Below, in pieces: positions 59,940 to 64,000 of a stretch of DNA of 64,000 bases. The position numbers were made by a program, and so were the translations under genes. The notes below the pieces were generated by a model. That model was not told the DNA's origin, searched no databases, and saw only the letters and a program-made list of their open reading frames with translations. How positions within the stretch are numbered: position 1 is the stretch's first letter; each line of letters opens with the position of its first letter. The stretch is from Leptolyngbyaceae cyanobacterium (GTDB taxonomy: Bacteria; Cyanobacteriota; Cyanobacteriia; Phormidesmidales; Phormidesmidaceae): NCBI GenBank assembly GCA_965263355.1, contig CBDHHL010000056.1, positions 1,216,001 through 1,280,000 of the forward strand. The letters run 5' to 3'.

Positions 59940-60125
59940 ACCCTAAGATGTCATTTGTATATATTCTTTAACTTATGGTGTTTTCCTGGGCACGCGCTAG
60001 TATTTGCGTATAGCGAATGTTCTGATGCACGAAGTGCAACTATCAGCAAGCTATACGACAGCTTAATTGGCAGCTTTAAAGCTAAAGTTTGCGCTGCATG
60101 TTCCCAAAATCAGGAGGCTATCTCC

Positions 60126-60815
60126 ATGAGTGCTGCTGAAGCCACACCCTGTGTTTTATTGGTAGAAGCGAATGAAGAATTGGCCCAGGATGTCAGTAAC
60201 GATCTGCGGGAGTCGGGCTATATTCCATTGGTGGCGACTACCATAGACTCGGGTTTACAGGAAGTGCGTGACCGTCATCCAGCACTGATTGTGGTAAATC
60301 GGATGTTGGCGGGCGAGTCGGGGTTGGATCTGTGTCAGCAGTTGCGATCGCAAGGTGACCGTACCCCAATGTTACTGATGATGGCCCGTGACAACCTGGA
60401 TGATCGGGTGGCCTGCATTGAGTCTGGAGCCGACGATTATTTTCTCAAACCCTACCGCAGCGATGAGTTTCTCGCCCTGGTCAGCGCCTATCTGCAACCC
60501 AGCGACAACGGTGTTGAGCAGCTAATCTTTGGTGAGCTGACCCTCAACGTGACCACCCGTCAAGCCAAGCGTGGCAATCGCCTCATTGACCTGACCATGA
60601 AAGAATTTGAGCTACTTAAATATTTAATGGAGCATCCCCGTGAAGTCCTCACCCGCGAGCAAATTCTAGAAAACGTCTGGGGATACAACTTTATGGGCGA
60701 ATCCAACGTGATTGAAGTGTACATTCGCTACCTACGCCTAAAAATCGACGCCGATGGCGAAAAGCGCCTAATCCAGACCGTACGTGGCGTCGGATACGTA
60801 TTACGCGAAACATAA
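60126..60815 (+). CDS. nblR: OmpR-family response regulator NblR
   Basis: Atypical receiver with GESGL, LTMKEFELL, ESNVIEVYIRYLR; upstream of DUF192 as usual for nblR; GGAGG RBS. Confidence 0.8.
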   Translation: MSAAEATPCVLLVEANEELAQDVSNDLRESGYIPLVATTIDSGLQEVRDRHPALIVVNRMLAGESGLDLCQQLRSQGDRTPMLLMMARDNLDDRVACIESGADDYFLKPYRSDEFLALVSAYLQPSDNGVEQLIFGELTLNVTTRQAKRGNRLIDLTMKEFELLKYLMEHPREVLTREQILENVWGYNFMGESNVIEVYIRYLRLKIDADGEKRLIQTVRGVGYVLRET

Positions 60816-60884
60816 TCATGGGGAAAATGTAAACACCGGACCGCCATCGACAATGGAAAAAAATGGACAAGGTTAAAATAGTCG

Positions 60885-61520
60885 ATGCCTACTGGCAGTG
60901 GACGATGGTACATCGTAATGTTTAGCAAAGGAATCCATACCAGCGTGAACAATTGGCCCCAAAAGCACTATTTACCCGTATTAATCCTTTGCTGTTTATT
61001 AGTTGCCTGTAGCAGCGGTTCAGCCCCAACTGAGGAGATCAGTTCTACTCAGTCTAGTAGTCGCGTTGCTACAGCAGAAACCACTGGCACGCTGACTGTT
61101 GAAGCCCCTTCTAACAAATCACCTATCGGATCTGGCCAAGTGCTTCCCATTACTGCCCAAGCCATCATTGCAGGCGAAACCTTTGACCTGGAAGTTGCCC
61201 GTACACCTCGTCAACAACAGCTTGGTCTGATGTTCCGCGAGGCTCTACCTGATAACCAGGGTATGTTATTTCCCTTTAACCCACCGCGTCCCGCCCATTT
61301 CTGGATGAAAAATGTACCTGTGGGGCTGGACATGGTGTTTTTGTATCAGGGTAATGTGCAAGGTATTTTCGAAGCGCCGCCCTGCACGGCAGATCCTTGC
61401 CCTACCTACGGTCCTGGAAATCTGCTAGTGGACAATGTGATTGAGCTGCGCATTGGCCGGGCAGCGGAGTTAGGTCTGCAGGAAGGAGATGCGGTGGAGA
61501 TTACGTTTTTGGATTTGTAG
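60885..61520 (+). CDS. DUF192 family lipoprotein
   Basis: LVAC lipobox, LEVA, GLMFR, GMLF, FWMKN. Confidence 0.9.
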   Translation: MPTGSGRWYIVMFSKGIHTSVNNWPQKHYLPVLILCCLLVACSSGSAPTEEISSTQSSSRVATAETTGTLTVEAPSNKSPIGSGQVLPITAQAIIAGETFDLEVARTPRQQQLGLMFREALPDNQGMLFPFNPPRPAHFWMKNVPVGLDMVFLYQGNVQGIFEAPPCTADPCPTYGPGNLLVDNVIELRIGRAAELGLQEGDAVEITFLDL

Positions 61521-61540
61521 GGGCGCAGCATGCTGCGCCC
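61517..61540 (+). repeat. GTAG-type REP palindrome
   Basis: GTAG-GGGCGCAGCATGCTGCGCCC between convergent genes. Confidence 0.65.
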
Positions 61541-61547
61541 ACAGGAT

Positions 61548-62699
61548 TTAACGCAACACCTGGCTAGCGGCAGATACGCCACTACCAGGGGTGAAGCCTT
61601 CGTAGCCGATAATTTGCAGCGTAGTTTCTAGGGAGGCGATGGTGGTGAGAATGTCGCGATCGCAGACAAACCCCAAGTGACCAATCCGAAAGATCTTGCC
61701 CTTCAGATGATCCTGACCGCCCGCTAGGGCGATATCAAACTGCTTACGCATCGTAGAGCGAATATCCTCAGGATTCACAAGGTCACCGGGGATCACAGAG
61801 GTTACCGCAGGACTGCTAAACTCATCGGGGGCTAATAGCGGTAGCCCCAACGCTTTCATGGCAGCACGGCAAGCCTGCTTTTGACGTTCGTGACGGGCAA
61901 AGATATTTTCTAGCCCCTCTGCCCTCATCATTTCTAAAGCAGCCTGTAGGCCAAAGTATAGGTTGACTGGCGGTGTAAATGGAGTACTGTCCTTGGCAAA
62001 GGATTTCCGATACTTCCCCAGATCCATATAGAACTTGGGTAGGGTGGCCTTCTCATAGGCAGCCCAGGCCTTTGCACCGACCGAGACAAAGCCCATGCCG
62101 GGGGGCAGCATAAAGCCTTTCTGAGAGCCAGACGCCACCACATCTAGCCCCAGTTCATCTACCTTCAGATCGTAGGAGGCCAAACTAGTCACCGCATCCA
62201 CAATGATAATGGCCTCGCCATGGGCCTTGACCTTCTCATTAATGGCTTCGACAGGGTTAAGCACACCACTAGAGGTTTCGCTGTGGGTAACGATAACGGC
62301 CTTGATAGCTTTCTCTGTATCAGCCGCCAGGGCCGCACCAAATTTTTCGGGATCGAGGGGAACGCCCCAATCTTCTTGGAATACTTCGACATCCAGGCCA
62401 AAGGCTTTAGAAATCTGCGCCCAGCGATCGCCAAACTTACCGTTGCTACCCACCAGCACCTTATCGCCAGCGCTAAGGAAGTTGATAATGCCTGCTTCGA
62501 CGACACCGGTACCACTGGCACATAGGGTCAAAACTTCATTCTTAGTTTGAAATAGCCACTGCAGACCTTCATTGACCTCGGCAATGATTTTGCCAAAATC
62601 GCCACTGCGGTGGCCAATGGGGTGTTTACCCATCGCTTGTAGGACCTTCTCGGGAACTGGTGTAGGTCCCGGAATCATCAGCATTGCTTTATTGTCCAT
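61548..62699 (-). CDS. Class V aminotransferase (alanine-glyoxylate / 'soluble hydrogenase 42 kDa' family)
   Basis: MIPGPTP, HSETS, DAVTS, GSQKG, FRIGHLG. Confidence 0.93.
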   Translation of the reverse strand: MDNKAMLMIPGPTPVPEKVLQAMGKHPIGHRSGDFGKIIAEVNEGLQWLFQTKNEVLTLCASGTGVVEAGIINFLSAGDKVLVGSNGKFGDRWAQISKAFGLDVEVFQEDWGVPLDPEKFGAALAADTEKAIKAVIVTHSETSSGVLNPVEAINEKVKAHGEAIIIVDAVTSLASYDLKVDELGLDVVASGSQKGFMLPPGMGFVSVGAKAWAAYEKATLPKFYMDLGKYRKSFAKDSTPFTPPVNLYFGLQAALEMMRAEGLENIFARHERQKQACRAAMKALGLPLLAPDEFSSPAVTSVIPGDLVNPEDIRSTMRKQFDIALAGGQDHLKGKIFRIGHLGFVCDRDILTTIASLETTLQIIGYEGFTPGSGVSAASQVLR

Positions 62700-62870
62700 G
62701 GGTGGTTTAGAAGACGATGTATAAAAAGTGCATTCCCCAGAATCGCATAAGTTCTGACGGCACCCCCCGCATTTTTGAGGTGTTGTAAGGTTTGGGGGGC
62801 GCACGATTTTTCCAGGTAGACGGAATTTAGGATTGTCAGCAAAATATGGGGGATACTCCCTTATGTCGCC

Positions 62871-63359
62871 ATGGAAACTACATTGCAACAGCTAACGGCT
62901 CAACCTTTAACTGCTGAAGCATTTCGACCCTTTGGGCAGGTGCTAGGTCCACAGTGGGATGGCAAACCTTACGATGCTGAGGATGCTCAGCTGAAGCTGG
63001 ATGGGGGCGTTCCACGCTTTTATATTATGCAGCTGGAGCGGAAGGGCAGGCAGTTTGATCGGATTACACGGCATTTGGCCTGTACGCAGTGTTTGGGCTC
63101 GTTAGAGGGGAAAGAATGGCTGATGGGGGTGGCTCCGCCCTGTGATGGCAGTGCACCAGACCCAGACCAGATTCGAGCGTTTAGGATTCCTGGGGACTGC
63201 TTTATTAAGCTGGAGGTAGGCACCTGGCATGCGGGGCCTTTGTTTGAGACGGATGTGATTAATTTCTACAATCTAGAGCTAAGTGATACCAATGTGGTGG
63301 ATCACGATACGTGTAATCTAGAGCAGACCTACGGACTGGCGTTTACTATTGTTGACTAG
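62871..63359 (+). CDS. Ureidoglycolate lyase-family protein
   Basis: PLTAEAFRPFG, TRH, GTWH. Confidence 0.85.
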   Translation: METTLQQLTAQPLTAEAFRPFGQVLGPQWDGKPYDAEDAQLKLDGGVPRFYIMQLERKGRQFDRITRHLACTQCLGSLEGKEWLMGVAPPCDGSAPDPDQIRAFRIPGDCFIKLEVGTWHAGPLFETDVINFYNLELSDTNVVDHDTCNLEQTYGLAFTIVD

Positions 63360-63563
63360 GCAAGCGCTGCTACTAGAATGCGCATGAGATCGTCCAAATC
63401 TTCAGGGACACGATAGCTGTCTAGGCCCTGTTCAAAGTGTTTAGTCTTGCGATTTAACCACACGGCTTGGAAGGTTAGATCGTTCGACTATCTAGGACAA
63501 TAGTTTGAGGGTCGCTGGAAAAGTATTGATGCATTGTCCATCCCTCCGGAAATAGAGACCCAG

Positions 63564-64000
63564 ATGCAACGCTACTATGCCTCACTGTCAGAGAAAGAGC
63601 GCAGACGGTATGCCGGGATAGAAGCGGTGAAGCTGGGCCATGGTGGCATCAGCTACATCAGTCGAGTGCTGAGCTGTGACCATAAGACGATTAAATTTGG
63701 GATGTCAGAATTGGCCGGGGATATGGAGCTGAATGCAGGGGGTATTCGTCGGGCAGGCGGGGGTCGGAAATCGGCCTTTGAAACGATTGAAGGCCTGGAC
63801 GAGGCCTTTTTAAGAGTCGTCTCTCCCCATACGGCAGGCTCCTCGATGGATGAGCGGATCAAATGGACGAATCTGAGCCGTCCTAAAATTGCAGAATTGC
63901 TTGCCGACGACGGCATTCGTGTGAGTGTGACCGTGGTGGACCAACTGTTGAAAAAGCACACTATCGTCGTCGTCAAATGCGCAAAACCCGAGCAACGGGC
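63564..64000 (+). mobile_element. ISAzo13 family transposase, 5' part (runs off window)
   Basis: MQRYYASLSEKERRRYAGIEAVKLGHGG...IRRAGGGRK...WTNLS; apparent frameshift near 63960. Confidence 0.85.

Noticed and set aside
62871..63359. Link between the ureidoglycolate lyase-like gene and the methyltransferase cluster (DsyGD-like pathway)
   Set aside because: It lies 40 kb away among core genes, with no evidence of linkage
63653..63995. Minus-strand ORFs at window end
   Set aside because: Antisense to the ISAzo13 transposase

Overview
Cyanobacterial chromosome segment: frequent HIP1 GCGATCGC, nblR-DUF192 synteny, Leptolyngbya-like gene content. Roughly 1-58.6 kb is accessory DNA and core genes resume at about 58.6 kb. 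The accessory part is punctuated by three direct-repeat 3' fragments of tRNA-Thr(TGT) (8978-9019, 31004-31050, 57735-57752). These look like att sites of tandem or mosaic integrative islands, but no integrase and no intact tRNA is visible in the window. The most unusual signal is non-coding. Next to the att sites are extra symmetric 'core-type' sites built from halves of the tRNA-Thr anticodon arm, each with a 7-bp spacer of varying sequence, interleaved with short direct-repeat 'arm' motifs. A parallel, more degraded set is built from tRNA-Gly(CCC) halves, and Uma2 nuclease genes cluster beside these ends. Cargo of the first segment: a CHASE2-kinase/DUF928/NB-ARC module with secreted proteins and an RTX metalloprotease. 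Cargo of the second segment: a pseudo-adenylate cyclase/cytochrome c peroxidase/DAHL/PstS/Rieske operon, an ISKra4-type IS, and an MscS-cNMP plus methyltransferase/aminotransferase/sulfotransferase-like cluster. Cargo of the third segment: a decayed MobF relaxase, a NarL/KaiC-like/sigma-factor region with repeated ATCATCC-N4-GGATGAT boxes, and a circularly permuted ATP-grasp/AstE/GshB-like cluster. All calls come from reading the sequence; no searches were run.
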